A DNA stretch of 63,575 nt, filler included, from Vannella sp. (taxonomy: Eukaryota): assembly GCA_023345925.1 (NCBI GenBank). It is 5 parts of 5 records of this genome, joined end to end, with 100 filler letters (N's around TTAATTAATTAA, not from the genome) between each part and the next. Parts side by side here need not be neighbours in the genome. Positions count along the whole stretch, not along the records: positions 1 to 19,226 come from JAJQQN010000659.1; 4 more parts are not named here. One strand, 5' to 3'. The position numbers were made by a program, and so were the translations under genes. Position 1 is the first letter of the stretch; each line of letters begins with the position of its first letter. Below the pieces are notes generated by a model. The model was not told where the DNA came from. It made no database searches and saw only the letters and a program-made list of their open reading frames with translations. Positions 1-12,479 of this stretch are shown piece by piece.

Positions 1-2205
1 AGCTGATGCTTGGCGTTGAGGTCGACGTTTCGCTTTGCGTTTCCGAAGAGCTGGCACTTTCAGAGACCGTGGAAGAAAAAGACGTAGATGGTGACTGCGA
101 CGCCGAGTGCGAGAAGCTGGAAGTATACGACGGAGACTCACTCTGTGTGGCTGATAATGACGACGACGCGCTGGAGGAACTCGATGGCGAGGATGTTCCA
201 GAATTTGATCGAGAAGATGTGAGCGTTGATGTTCTGGAAGCGGAATTGGTCTCCGAGGATGTGACCGAAGGCGATTCTGTGGTGCTCACGCTTGTTGACG
301 GCGTTGCCGTTTCAGTGTTCGAAGAAGACGGAGTCATTGATCCAGAAGGAGAACTTGAGGGCGACCAGGAAGGAGTTGGTGATGCTGAACCAGTTGGAGA
401 AGCAGAATTGGTTTCTGTGGTCGATGGAGTCCCAGAAACTGAACTGGAAGAACTACTTGAGGGAGAAGCGGAAGTTGTCCTGGTTGCGGTTGCTGTTGGA
501 GAAAGAGATGGCGAAGTAGAAGGACTCGGCGACAATGTTCTCGAAGATGTCTCTGTCACTGTGTTTGTCCCACTGTTCGATGAGGTTGCAGTCCAACTCG
601 GGGTTATGGACAAAGTTGTGCTCTCTGAGGCTGTTCTTGAAGGTGATACAGTACTACTCGCCGTGATAGAGCTTGATGGGCTTCCAGTTGGAGTCGAACT
701 GATAGATGAGAAACAATGTTCGAGTAAGCGCTGGGATGGCATGATTGCCACTGGATTCTCGAGTTGTCCAGGAGAAGCGACCCTCATGCTGGGTGGTACC
801 AATGCTCCGCCAACTCCAGCAACTCCAGGATTCACATCCACATCCGCATCAGTTACAAAGTTGCTCAAGATGTAGCCGCCTCCACCACCACCTCCTCCTC
901 CTCCATCCCGTTCCCCGGGAGAGTTACCGTATCCTCCGTTTACCTGGATTGACACATTGATGCCAAGTGTGGGTGGACTTTGCGACAGGTAGACCACTGT
1001 TCCCCCGGCACCTCCTATATCGCAATATCAGCTTTGGAAACCAAAGATTGGGGTCAACAAACCTCCTCCTCCTCCATTAGCTTCAGTTGTCCCAACAAGA
1101 ACAAGAGGCTGGCCAGCGTTAGCAGTCACAATGATCCCATTTTCAGATGTGCTGAGGCTGATGACAGTTTGGATGTAAATCATTCCGCCCCCCGAGTTCC
1201 CAACAGAAATTCCATTAGTGAAGCTCGTGCTTCTCCATCCTGACCCTCCTCCTCCTCCTTTTCGATGGTAAGTGGTTTCATTTGAGATGTTGCAAGCTTA
1301 CCCAGAAAGATCCTCCCGTCCAAAGGTACTGGGCCGGCTCCAATTCCTGGAGCTCCATCTTCATTCTCAGGAAGAAGGCCATCTCCCCCATTTCCCTTGT
1401 TGGAGCCTCCTCCCCCTCCAGTCCTTCTGGCATTGCCCCCTCCTCCAGCACTACCTGGAGCTCCACAACCAAACTCCTTTTTTGACGGATAAGAAGTGCT
1501 CTGGAACAAGAAGTTGTACTCTCCAGCTCCGATGAATCCTTCTCCTTTTCTGCTGTTCCTGCTACCTCCACCTTTCGCATACTCGCTATTGTCTGCAGTC
1601 ACCCTATAATCTTGGATTTCGTCCCTTCCACCACGGAAACCTTGACCATCTGCATTGAACGAACCTCCTGTGGCAAACTCCAGTAGGTTCGTTACCAACG
1701 CCAAAACACCTCCTGTGTTCCCATCCCAGGCTGGTGGCGTGATGATGCTGGCTACCTGTGTAACTTGACACGCGGGAAAGGTAATCACTTGGAATCGCGC
1801 GGAGTCGTCTCTAACGTACTCGTGTTCGAGATCCAAGTCCATTCTGAGAGTTACAGTGGATCTGTCTGAAACAGTAATTGCCGCAATGTGATTAAACTCG
1901 TACATTCCGACCTCTCCCAGTTCATCAGCCAAGAAGCCAAATCCCCCACCAGATACACCGTCGCCATACTTATCCGAGTCTGAGTTATCAATGTCTCCTC
2001 CCTGCATCTGCACGATCATCACTGGACCCACCCGGAGTGGCCGAAAGGAGTTAAAGATCTTCACCTCCTTTCCCGAACTGGAGCGTCCGGTATAGTACCC
2101 AAAGGAGTCGTTTGTGAGAACGCACGAAGCTTGAGGGACACACACTCCATTCACAAAGGCAACATGTAGGCTCAAAGCCAACAGAAAGGCAAGCATCGAG
2201 CTCAT
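1..2205 (-). CDS. Secreted or surface protein: signal peptide, glycine-rich bacterial-type domain, Ser/Thr-rich mucin-like stalk (3' partial, runs off the window start)
   Basis: ATG at 2205 with hydrophobic leader MSSMLAFLLALSLHVAFVNG. Motifs PAWDGNTGGVLAL, NADGQGFRGG, KGEG, GAPGSAGGGG, RIFLG. Removing GT-AG intron 1258-1301 and a second intron near 1015-1060 continues the frame as GGGGGSG...SGGGMIYI...GGAGGTVV...NGGYG...GGGGGGGGYI, then S/T/P-rich sequence to base 1. Confidence 0.8.
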
Positions 2206-2398
2206 TCGCCTTCCAGACAGGCCAGAATAGAATAACCGATTTTGGCGATTGGCCTATTTTCGGAATCCATTCTAGGACGCTTCCCTGAACATCCTTCCAG
2301 ATCAGGCTTCTGGTGTCGGTGTGTTCGGCCGACTCCGACTTGTTCATTCCTTTCAGTCAGAGAAGAAATGAATTGGCAGCAACTTTATGTTGAGAGGA

Positions 2399-5300
2399 TT
2401 AAAGTTGCTGGAGGCGGCGATCCTTGTGGAGCAACTCGACAAAGCGGACAAGGTCAGAATAGATGATAGCGACTGAGCGCGCGTTTTTGCGTTCAGAAGG
2501 GAAAATGATCTTTTCTGAGGTGGATTTTTGGAGCATTTTCGCTTTGTTCTTCACCTTGAGATAGACAATGATGTACTTTTCTGTCTGCTGCAGCCCTCGG
2601 ATGATAGAGATGGGTGCAGCCCATTCAATCTTGTTCGTATCATTCAACAGAAGCAAATGAAGATTGGAGGTAAGAAGGATCCCATCTTTCACGCAGTCCT
2701 GAGAGTGGAACCACTCCTGTGAGAAACGGCCATTCTCGATGGAGCGTAAAAGTTGCTGTCCTTGAGCATCAGCCTCGTTGTAAGCTTGAATAGACTTGTC
2801 TGGGCCGATAAAGCGAGGGAGGCGAGTGCGGTGCTTCTTTTCTTCATCCCACAGAGTAGCTGTGTTCTTGATGCCTTCTGTAACGCGAGAGATTGAGTCG
2901 ATGGCTCCCACAGTTGGTTTAATAACAGCACCCGCAGCTCCTCGAGCTAGGCCTTTTACAGCCCCAGAGAATCCGTCTTCAACTGCCCCTTGAATAGGAG
3001 AGGAAACAATTCCAGTCAAGCCAGAGAACAGTCCCTTGCCAAATGCTTTGGCACCAAAACGAAGCCCTTCTCCAGCGTGTTTGGGCTTCTCTCTTACTCG
3101 TGCCTTGTCTCTTTCAAGCTGATACTTTTCGTCGAAGGATAGCGCAGCTGCTCCTGATGCTACTGCACCCGTAAATTTGCTGGTCGTATTGAAGACACCG
3201 ACGGTTGCATTCTTCACAAGTGAAGTTGTTCCACGTGCCAGACCAGCACCAAATTCAGCAGGAGATCGGGTGAATCCTTGAGCAGGCTCTGTGATAAAGT
3301 CTTTCACTCCGGTGCCAATATTGGAGACAAGAGAGATAGGACTGCCTAAGATATCAGCCCCAAAGATGAATTTGGCGACTTGCGTCATCGCAGCTCGGGT
3401 GTAGTGAGTGGAAAGACGGCTCACTATTTCATCAGCAGTCACACACATATTCTCACTGAGCAATCCGGATAGGGTGAAGCTTGCCCCATCAATGTTGCAG
3501 AACGCTCGACCGAACCCAACGAGGCGATTGAGATCCTCTCGGTCCACACCATCCATGTTCATTGTCAGAACAATCGAGATAGGATTCAGCTGGAATGTCT
3601 GGAAGTACCAAGGTGTCAGTTTGGTGTGCTCGACCTTCTTCAGAGCAGCTTTCTCGTCCGCGTCGTCTCCATCTTCCAACTTTGTGATCTTTTCCGATTC
3701 AGTTTTGGCCATAAAATCACTGAAGGAGAGATTCGGTTAGTAGACCTTCCAACAGCAGTCGCAAGGACTCTTACGTGATTAACGAGGCAAAATCCAAGCA
3801 TTCAGTGATGAATGACTCATCTAAAGCCAAATCCATTGCTCCAATGGACAAATTGAAGTCGCGAATGAAAGTAACAGAAGTTACCTGCCATGATATGAGA
3901 CACAGTCGAGATCATGATGTGATTTCTTACCATCTTATTGCGGATAGCTGCCATGTGGAAGAACTTAGCCTTGGAACCGTCAATACCCGTGGGGGTGATT
4001 GGCCAAAGCGCCACTGGGAAGGGAGTATCTGGCAGCTGATTGTCTATTTGGTAGCCACCAACCGTGACTTCGATGGATTGATCAGTTTGGGAGTCTTGAA
4101 TAACAATCTGGACGTCAGAAATTGCTGCAAACATGATCTCTCTCGGTCTGCTATCGACAACGGAGACCCCAATAAAGTCAACCACAATAGAAGCCTTCAA
4201 TTGAAGGGTATCCCAGATAGCAGCTTGAGATGTTAGATCCAGGGACTGACGAAGCTTCCCTCCTCCTTTCAAGGAGAATTCCAAAACCTTAACGGCTCCG
4301 TTTGGCATAACAGACGCAATCACTTCGGGATAGCCTGGCTGCATCAGCGATGTAGATCCGAAAATATCTAAATTCAAGTGTTCTTCAGCATTGCACTGAT
4401 CAATCTTGACTGAAAGGAGCAGATTGTCTCCTTCATACTCGTCCCAGGCATATTGGACTTCTGCTCCGGGAGCAATGATGTCCTTTGTCATAAAGTCTTT
4501 CTGTCTCACAGTGAGAGGGAGAGAAGTGCTGTTCTTGATGATGTAGTCCGGCTCTTCACATTCTGTGACCGCGATTATGGTTGAGCCTGTGGTCGAGTCA
4601 AGCTGGAAGCTCAAGCGAAGGATACGGTAACCTTCTCCCACTCGTTTTCGTAGCTTGATTGAACGCTCTCCTACCTGAATCCCAGTCAGAATGCAGCTAA
4701 TCAACAAACAGAAGACTTACCATTCCAAGAGGGATAGCCCCACTCCAAAGCCAATCTTCTGGACCAATCGAGAGGCGGAAGATTGGTGGTCCTTTGGGAT
4801 CTCTTGTCAAGTAGAACGGGACAAACTTGCCTGCTGCCAATTCAAAAGGTGGACACTTGTTTTTGGTATCCTTTTGCATGTAGAAGAGCACCTCTGAAGT
4901 GTTGTTCCAAATGCTGTACCGAGGAGTGACAATCACCTTCTTGGTTCTCCAGAACTGGGCTGGACCAGCTTGAACTGTTATCGCCAGTGGGAAGCACCCA
5001 ACAACTGGTTTCTCCTTGAGACCGTGAGGCGCCGTCTTGATGACGACTTCACCCTGAGAGCCCTCAGCACCGATTGCGACACCTTCACTCCAAAGAGAGT
5101 CTGCAATTCGGAGGTGAATCTTTGTAGCGGAGAACATTCCTTGGCTTGCAGTATACATATGCCTCTCGAGGGGATACTCTTCGGCAAACCAGTTGTTGTT
5201 GACAATCCCCTGATACTTGCTCATTCGTCCTTCCACTTCAGAAAGTCCACCAGTAATCTCATCACGTGAATCTGGGCCAAAGAGAAGAGGCAATTTGGTC

Positions 5301-8300
5301 TTATTGACAATCCACAGATCGCAATAGAACGTGACAGTGATGATTTTGATTGCGCTCAGAGAAGCTTGCATTTTGACTTCAATCTTCCTTCCCTTGCCAT
5401 CTCTGAACTCCAATAAGCGTTCCTACATTGAGTTAGAAGTGTTTGATTAGCACAAAGAACGACCTACAGTGCCATAGGTCAATTCGACTGCTTTACCAGA
5501 ACGCCCGAAGTCCTCCAAATCCATGGAGAGAAGGAATTGCTGTTGAATATTGAGCGTCAGAATTCCTTTCTTCGTCCCCTTCAGCATTGTATCCTTGAAA
5601 AGGAGTTGGCGCTTAGGATCGAGGAACAAGAACTCCACATTCTTTGGTAAATAGTTCTCAATAACCATCGGAGAGGAAATGGTTACTACAATGTCTTGCG
5701 ATTGCCTCTTCACGTGGACATTGAAGTAGTACGTTGTATCAGACTGGACACAAGTCACCAAAGAAAACTTCTCTTCGTTCATGATACTTCGCTCGAACTT
5801 CTTCTGGGAACTAGAGACTGTCAATTTGATGCCAGATTTTGCGATTGAAGTTACTCACATAGCTCCATTGAACATGATTCGAACGAATCCCTTTTGCGTG
5901 AACATAATGGGAGCAGATAAAGTTTGTTTGGACGAAACAGTTCTCAAATGGTCCCTTCCTTCGGGGTTAATCTGGCTAAAGAGAAGATCAATGTCCTCGT
6001 CCGTGTTGTTAACGAAAAGAACATTGGAGCGGACGGTGATGACTTTGTCCCCGCCTTTTGATTGAATCTCATAAGTGGCAGCATTCACTAGAATACCTTC
6101 TTCGCGGCGAGAGGTCAATCTGAGCTTGTACTTTCCAATACGATCGATTGGAAGGCCGCGGTCAGGCTTTTCAAAGAGGTGCGCGGGATCCTCGAGTCTC
6201 ACGGTTAAGGTTTTACTCACAGAGTCAAGGTGTCCCTCCCATTGCGCTGCCGAAGCTTTTGCCCGATCAGAGAAGTTAATTGGGGCGCTGTCATAATGGC
6301 TAAGCCGATGGGGGACAGCGTTGACCTCGGAAGTGAGATAGGTCAATGGCAAGCCTGTCTCATTGACGATAGTGAAGGGAGATTGCTTCTTTTCTTCAAT
6401 TTGAGTTTCAGTCTCTCCCAGTGTGAGACTCTTTTCTTCTTCTTCTGTAATGGAAGAAAGAGTCAATAGAACGGCTTCAACAAAGGATTTGCTGATATTA
6501 ATGTTGATCGGCTTGTTGCGAATGAGCACAGAGGACACTCCGTCTTCAATTGAATAACTCATTTCAGTAGCCCAAGGCTCCAGCATCGGCTCCCATAATT
6601 CCAGCTGATTGTTGTAGTTATTAATTGAGACGACGCTCTCCACGCTTGCCGTCATATCGTAAGACCAGTCTTGGACATTTGACACTGAAGAGAGAAAAGG
6701 ACTGTTAGAAAACGAGAGCGTAAGTGAGAAATCACTCACGTAAGCTCTCCAGTTGGATTCGAAGTAGAGGACGATGAGATGAATCAATCTTTGAGTCATC
6801 CACAATCACCAACCGAGCTCCTCTGGTTGACAATGAGAGGATCTGGGTGACTTGAGGCTTAGCAGCTAACTCTGCCTTTGCCTTGGCAGCTTTCTCTTTC
6901 GCCACAGCTTCTTTCTCTTCAACAGTGGCGCCATCAAGGAGAGCATCATCCTTGGTTAGGAATCTGTTCACTTCAGGGAGCCAACTCATGGCGATCTTTT
7001 GAATGACCATCACATCCTGATAAGTGAATGTGGATTGCACGTATTCCACCCCAATGATGATTGTGTTGTTGTTATACATCCGATTGTCAGTGTACTGGAA
7101 GGTGCATGTGAAAGGAGATACAAGAGGGACGTAGTTTTCCAAATTGTTCATCTTGCTGCGCGTTGTTTCAATGCGCCGGCCCGAGAACTAACGCCCAAGT
7201 CAGTAAGAGAGGTAAATACTGCCTTGTAACGCCTACAAAGATGATGTCCTTCTCCTCATCACCTGAAGAGGAGTAAATAATATCCAAATCAGATCTGACT
7301 ATGAGAGCGTTGGAGTCTTCTCGTTTGCTGTCTTCCAGAATGCACATTTGTGCGTCCACCATAAACAGGGAAACTCGCATTGAGTTGACAAGATCCTAAT
7401 CAAGTAAGCTGACTATTTCTAAAGTGGCAATTGGAGGTGTTACCTTGGTTGGCTTCTTTTCAGCTGGACTCTGACCAGGCGAGAGCTTTGGAGAGAAATC
7501 TGCCCAGAACAAGGTGAATGCATTGATAGAACCTAAAAGGAGTTCGTTGAATGGAAGCATGAAGATGAGAAGATCAATCCAAATGTCGGGAACACAGATC
7601 ACTGCTGGACGGTAGATGTTAATGGTGATGTCCTGAGAGTTATTCGACTCTTGAATGTAAGTCAGTTGGAAGTAAGGTTTCGCCATTAAGAGCTGCTTCT
7701 TCAGCCGAGTGGTAAAGATGTCCCGGAACTTGCTTGGATTATCAATAACGCGCGCGTCACGGACAAACAGATCTTGAATGGAGAGCTCCACATTCATGCT
7801 GGCGTCACTCTTCATCTCCACTGCGATATTGAGAGAGCGAAGATCACTGGATAGCAAGCTGGTACGTGAAACGTCACGATTGAGAGGTTTTGGAGTTTCT
7901 CCAAGCGGCGACAATTGTGCTAAAGCATCATAGCCATCCCCTTTAAGGAGCTCTGCTTGAATAGCCTCCACTTGAATGGCAACGCGGATGTCGGTTGAAA
8001 TCCTTGATTCAAGGATTGTCTTCGCTTCCTCTTCCGGATCTCCTTCTCGCAAGAAAGCCTCCGCATCGATAAGATTAGAGGATCGCTTCGCCTCCACAGC
8101 CCCATTTGGCACATCAGAAGGTTTCCTAACCACTCCTAAAGAGCAGTTATCTTCCAGGATGCTGCGAAGAAGCTTCAATTGATATTCTGAGAGCTGTAGC
8201 CCAATCGAGGGAATATTCATTGTCACTTCCATTCCAGGGAAAGCGCGATCAGTATCTTTCTTGGTTTGGATTACCTCTAAGCGCAAATCAGTATTTTGGA

Positions 8301-11300
8301 GAATGGCTTGATCATTTGCGGTTGATCCTAACACGCAGCTGAGAAGGGTACATTCTGACACTTCGATCCTCATTGTCTCTCTGACAAGTTGGATGTTGGA
8401 ATCGCTCGTCGCCATTAATAAGTGATTAGAGAGTCGGATCTTTCCAAGATCTGCTTTTAAGCCTTCTGGACTGTTCAGTGACCGAGGCAAGAAAACGATT
8501 GGATTGTTGATTGTCACTTCGAAACCAAAGTTGGTCTCATTTGCTGCTACAACAGTGGCCTTTTGGAGCTGTTCAGCACGTACTGTGAGAGCTTTGTTTG
8601 TAACTGCCTTTTGACCCAGCTCTGGTGGTGGCAAGAAGTAGGCAACTACGTCCTCAATGAAGACTTGCACGTAATTAAACTGGACTGAGCTCATGTTCAG
8701 CTTAATGACAGCATTGAATGGAACAGTACCGGGAGCGGCATCAGGAGATAACGGCAAAGTCAACCCAGCACCCAATTGGTAATCCAAGGTGAAGTGAATC
8801 AAGTTCTCCCCATCAATATTCATGATATGGGGGTAAAGCTTCTTGACAGCATCATTGTTGTAGTCGACTGTCATTGCACCAAGTTTTCCTTGCACTCGCA
8901 AATAGCTTGAGTCAGTCATGTTCACATCAAACGCACTTTCACGCATGAAGACTTCCATCATCATTCCGTTTTGCTTGGGGAAGCTGACACCAAAGGACTT
9001 GAAGACTGCCTTGAACTGCACGAGAGTAAAAGCTTTCTTTTCAGTCTTCTTCTCCACAACACGCGCCTTTTCAAGCGCAAGAGCTTTGGTTTGTCCTACT
9101 GGGGCTTTCGCAGGAGTTGGAGCAACCTTTTGGAGGTCGTAGTTGTCAAAAGCTCGATTAAGAAGGGACGTGATGCGATCGAAAGAGTCCAAATGACACA
9201 TAAGATGGAACATTCCGAATTCCATAGCAAAGTCGTGCGCTAGTCCCTGGAAGAGAGGAGAAGAGTTGGGGATTCCCCGATATTGGATCATCACACTTTG
9301 CTCGCTTCTGGAGGATGCCAGAGATTGAGACATGCCAGTACTGATGCCCCTTCCCTGAATCTCAGATGTTGCCAGATACCGGTACTCCTCTCCTTTTCCT
9401 TGCAAATAGTCCACAGCATCTAAGTCAGTGTGAGATAACGATAGCTGAGGCTTCCAAGATCTAAATGGCACCTACTGATAGCGTCCAGAGTGAGAACCAA
9501 ACCCATGTCGTGGCTGTTCAACTCAAAGGAGCCCTCTGTCTTAGAGAGTTGTAGATCAAGCACAGCAATGAAAGGGTTTGTGGAGTCGTCCTCTAAAAGG
9601 ATTCTGGCCTTGGGAATGGAGAACGCCACTTTCAGGAGCTTCTCGTTCAAGTTAAGGCGAGTATGGTCTTCGCTTTTCTCGCTCTCTTTCTGTCCGTTTT
9701 GTTAACTTCTCACAGAGGAGGCAGAGAGGGCAACAAACCTGTGCAACTTGCTGAAGGATCTGGTCAAGACTCATCTCTTCCTCACTTGGAGGAGGAGCAT
9801 CACTTGCAGTGATCGCGTCGAGAATAAGAAGAATGTTTGTCACTTTCCCACTGCTAAGATAACCATTCAGCTCTGGTAGACAAGCCTCAAGCTTGAGTAA
9901 AGCCCGCTTCTCTGAATGAGCTCGGCACAATCCAAGAGAGAGGTCTACGTCAAACTTATCGATCAATTTCACCCCACGAGGGAGCTCTTGCTGTCGGCGC
10001 GCATTGAAATCATCAATAGAGGATATCATTGCGTGGACTTCCTTCAAATCAAGCTTGTAGCGCTTGTACAAAAGAATCTCTGATGCGTCCTCCTCAGTAA
10101 TCCCTTCTTGGGCTTGCTTCATTGCCTGATAAGTCGAGTCCAGATCCGAACTCATCGTAAGATGACCAAGAACCAGGATAAGTAAGGGTGACTGACGGTC
10201 ACTTGGCTTGTGAGGAATAATGATGTTTGGAGCAGCAATATCAACATTGACTTCAATGGCCTTTTGGTCTCCAATCATCTCCTTGAACTGAACCTGAGTC
10301 TGCTGCTTCAGCTGCTGGAACTTGATTGTAGCCGCCAATTCCAGGTCTTTGAAAGAGTTCTTGGCTATCAGGGGACGACTAAAGAACGAAACAACTCGGT
10401 CTAGTAGTTGCTTTGGGAGTACCACGTTAATAGGCTCCATTCCAATGGCCACTCGATAGTCCAAGTTTTTGTTGTCAATCGGTTTGATGTCGAAAAGCCC
10501 GCTAAGCATATCTTCACCCGGATTGATTTGCTCAACAATGTTTGGGAAGCTGGTGTTTGGAGTAAAGTGGTCAACAACCTTGACTGTGCCCAAAGAGTAC
10601 TTGACAGTGAGGCTTTGATTTCGCTTATCAACACGAAGAGTTAATCCGCGGAAGCCTCCCTCAGCTAATGGCTTGAATTCGGAGTCTTTGAGAGTAAAAG
10701 AGCCAGCAGAGAGACAAAAAGTGATCTTTTGCTGCACAAAGTCATCAGATGTTTGGGGTAGCGTTGGCTTGAGATCCTCTTGAGACAAGTTATCCTGCAG
10801 CTCTCGAAGGAGGCTGGGAGTTATCGCCAGAGACTCCACTTTGATAGCCGGGCCAGAAGTGAACATCTTGGAAAAGAAACCCTGGTCCTTCTTCAGCTCC
10901 TGCTCTTTCTTGAGCTTCATCTTTTGGATGTGAGCTTTGTTGCGCTTAAAATAAGCGTTGGAAATGACTCGGAACAAGGCCACATCCTCATAAGTGTGTT
11001 TCCACTCCAACTCCGTCAACTCTTCTATCTCAGCATCCGTCTATTACCAGGTTAGGTTGCCCTCCATCCTATGGAACAACTTACAATAGTCACTGACTTG
11101 TCAAACGCTGCCAGCTTCTTCTGAGCATCCAAATAGATGTAGCGATTGCGGTCTTTGATGAAACTAAGAATGTCAGGCCAGTTCTTGAACTTGCTCCTCT
11201 CCCGATGGTCCTTCCTCATTCCCCTGATGGCATACTTCCACCAATCCATCGGATTCTTCGACGGTTTGCTCACGGGACGGAACCCAATGTACTGCGTTTG

Positions 11301-12358
11301 TGTGAGAACAACGTGTCCCAGCGTGCTGGCCCCCTTCTTACCGAGATAGAGTTGGAATAGTTACGGAAGAACTCAACCAAGTTAATGACTTGGCCGTATT
11401 GGTTCTCGTCCAAGCACAATGCGAGCTTCTTGCACTGGCAATCGATGACAATCTTCCCTTCGTTGTCTTCTGAAGCTTCTTCCTGGCTCATTCGGACCTT
11501 CAGATCAAAGTTAATCGGCTCCAAGACATAGCGTAGCTCAGGGAGTGGCTTTTTGGTGGTGTAGATCTATTCCAGAGTGTGTCAGGTAGTGTCAAACAGT
11601 ACCTTCTACTCACCAAAGCGTTGAGAGCCTTCCCAATCTGCTCGTTTGTGCCGGTAGACACATGCTTGGCTTGAGAGTCCCAGTAAAACGCAAAGTTCTT
11701 CATCTGTACGAGCTTGTAGAGCAGCTTGCTAGTCTGGGGATCAACAAACTGAGTCTCCCAATGGCTGTTCGTGCTGCGAGCAGTGAACTGCTCGATGGTG
11801 AAGCCAAACGCGAAGGGTTTGCCGTCCTTATCGAAGTCCTGGTAGCGAATGTGCACGTTGCTGATCTCCACTTGAAGGTTGTTTACAACAGAGGCTTGCA
11901 GGTTGTCGAAATAGCCCGCTTGTTTGTCCTTCTGCTGCTCCTCTTCCTCCCCTGCGAGAAGATCGGTCAACTGGAGCAGTCGTTGCTTGCTGGTTTGAAC
12001 GCGAGACTCCTGCTCCTGCTCATCCTTCTCCCAGTCACTACAGAAGAGCCATGCAAGAAGGAGGCAAACGAACCTGCTGCTTTCGAGGGCCCACAAGCGC
12101 GTACAAGTCTTGGATTTGAATCACAGCGGGCTGGCTGGTCAGAGACTTCCATGGGAGCTTGAACTTGAGTAGACCGAGGAACCCCGCCTCCACAGTGATA
12201 GGGAGCTCAAGGGAGTCCAGAGCATCCGCCCTCAGCGCGGGGTTCTTCATCGCAAACTCTCCAGAGAGGATGGAGATCTTCACAGTATCTTGACTGATGC
12301 CCTCTACGAACTCTCCCAGCTTGCTGGCCAAGATAGACGACACAAGGCGCTCAATCAT
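2399..12358 (-). CDS. VPS13: VPS13-family bridge-like lipid transfer protein (multi-exon, roughly 3100 aa)
   Basis: Chorein N-terminus MIERLVSSILASKLGEFVEG...LPWKSLTSQPAVIQIQDLYALVGP; NNLQVEISNVHIRYQD; WWKYAI; LELWEPMLEPW; VAB/SHR-BD-like repeats (TKKVIVTPRYSIWNNT); YQIDNQL; ATG2_C-like GADILGSPISLVSNIGTGVKDFITEPAQG; PH-like tail. Exons are linked by short GT-AG introns such as 12038-12073. Confidence 0.95.
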
Positions 12359-12479
12359 TCACTCTTCCCAACTCCTCGAGGTGCCCGACTCCAAAAAATG
12401 GTCCTTTACGACCCTCTTTGAGAGGTTTGGGAGGCTCTACGTGTGTCCTAGGAGACGCAGAAGACCCTCATTCTTCTTC

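Noticed and set aside
6..875. 289-aa Val/Glu/Asp-rich plus-strand ORF
   Set aside because: Antisense shadow of the Ser/Thr/Pro stalk encoded on the minus strand.
2399..12358. Fragmented ORFs suggesting a pseudogene, frameshifting or an alternative genetic code
   Set aside because: The breaks I examined are resolved by short GT-AG introns under the standard code.
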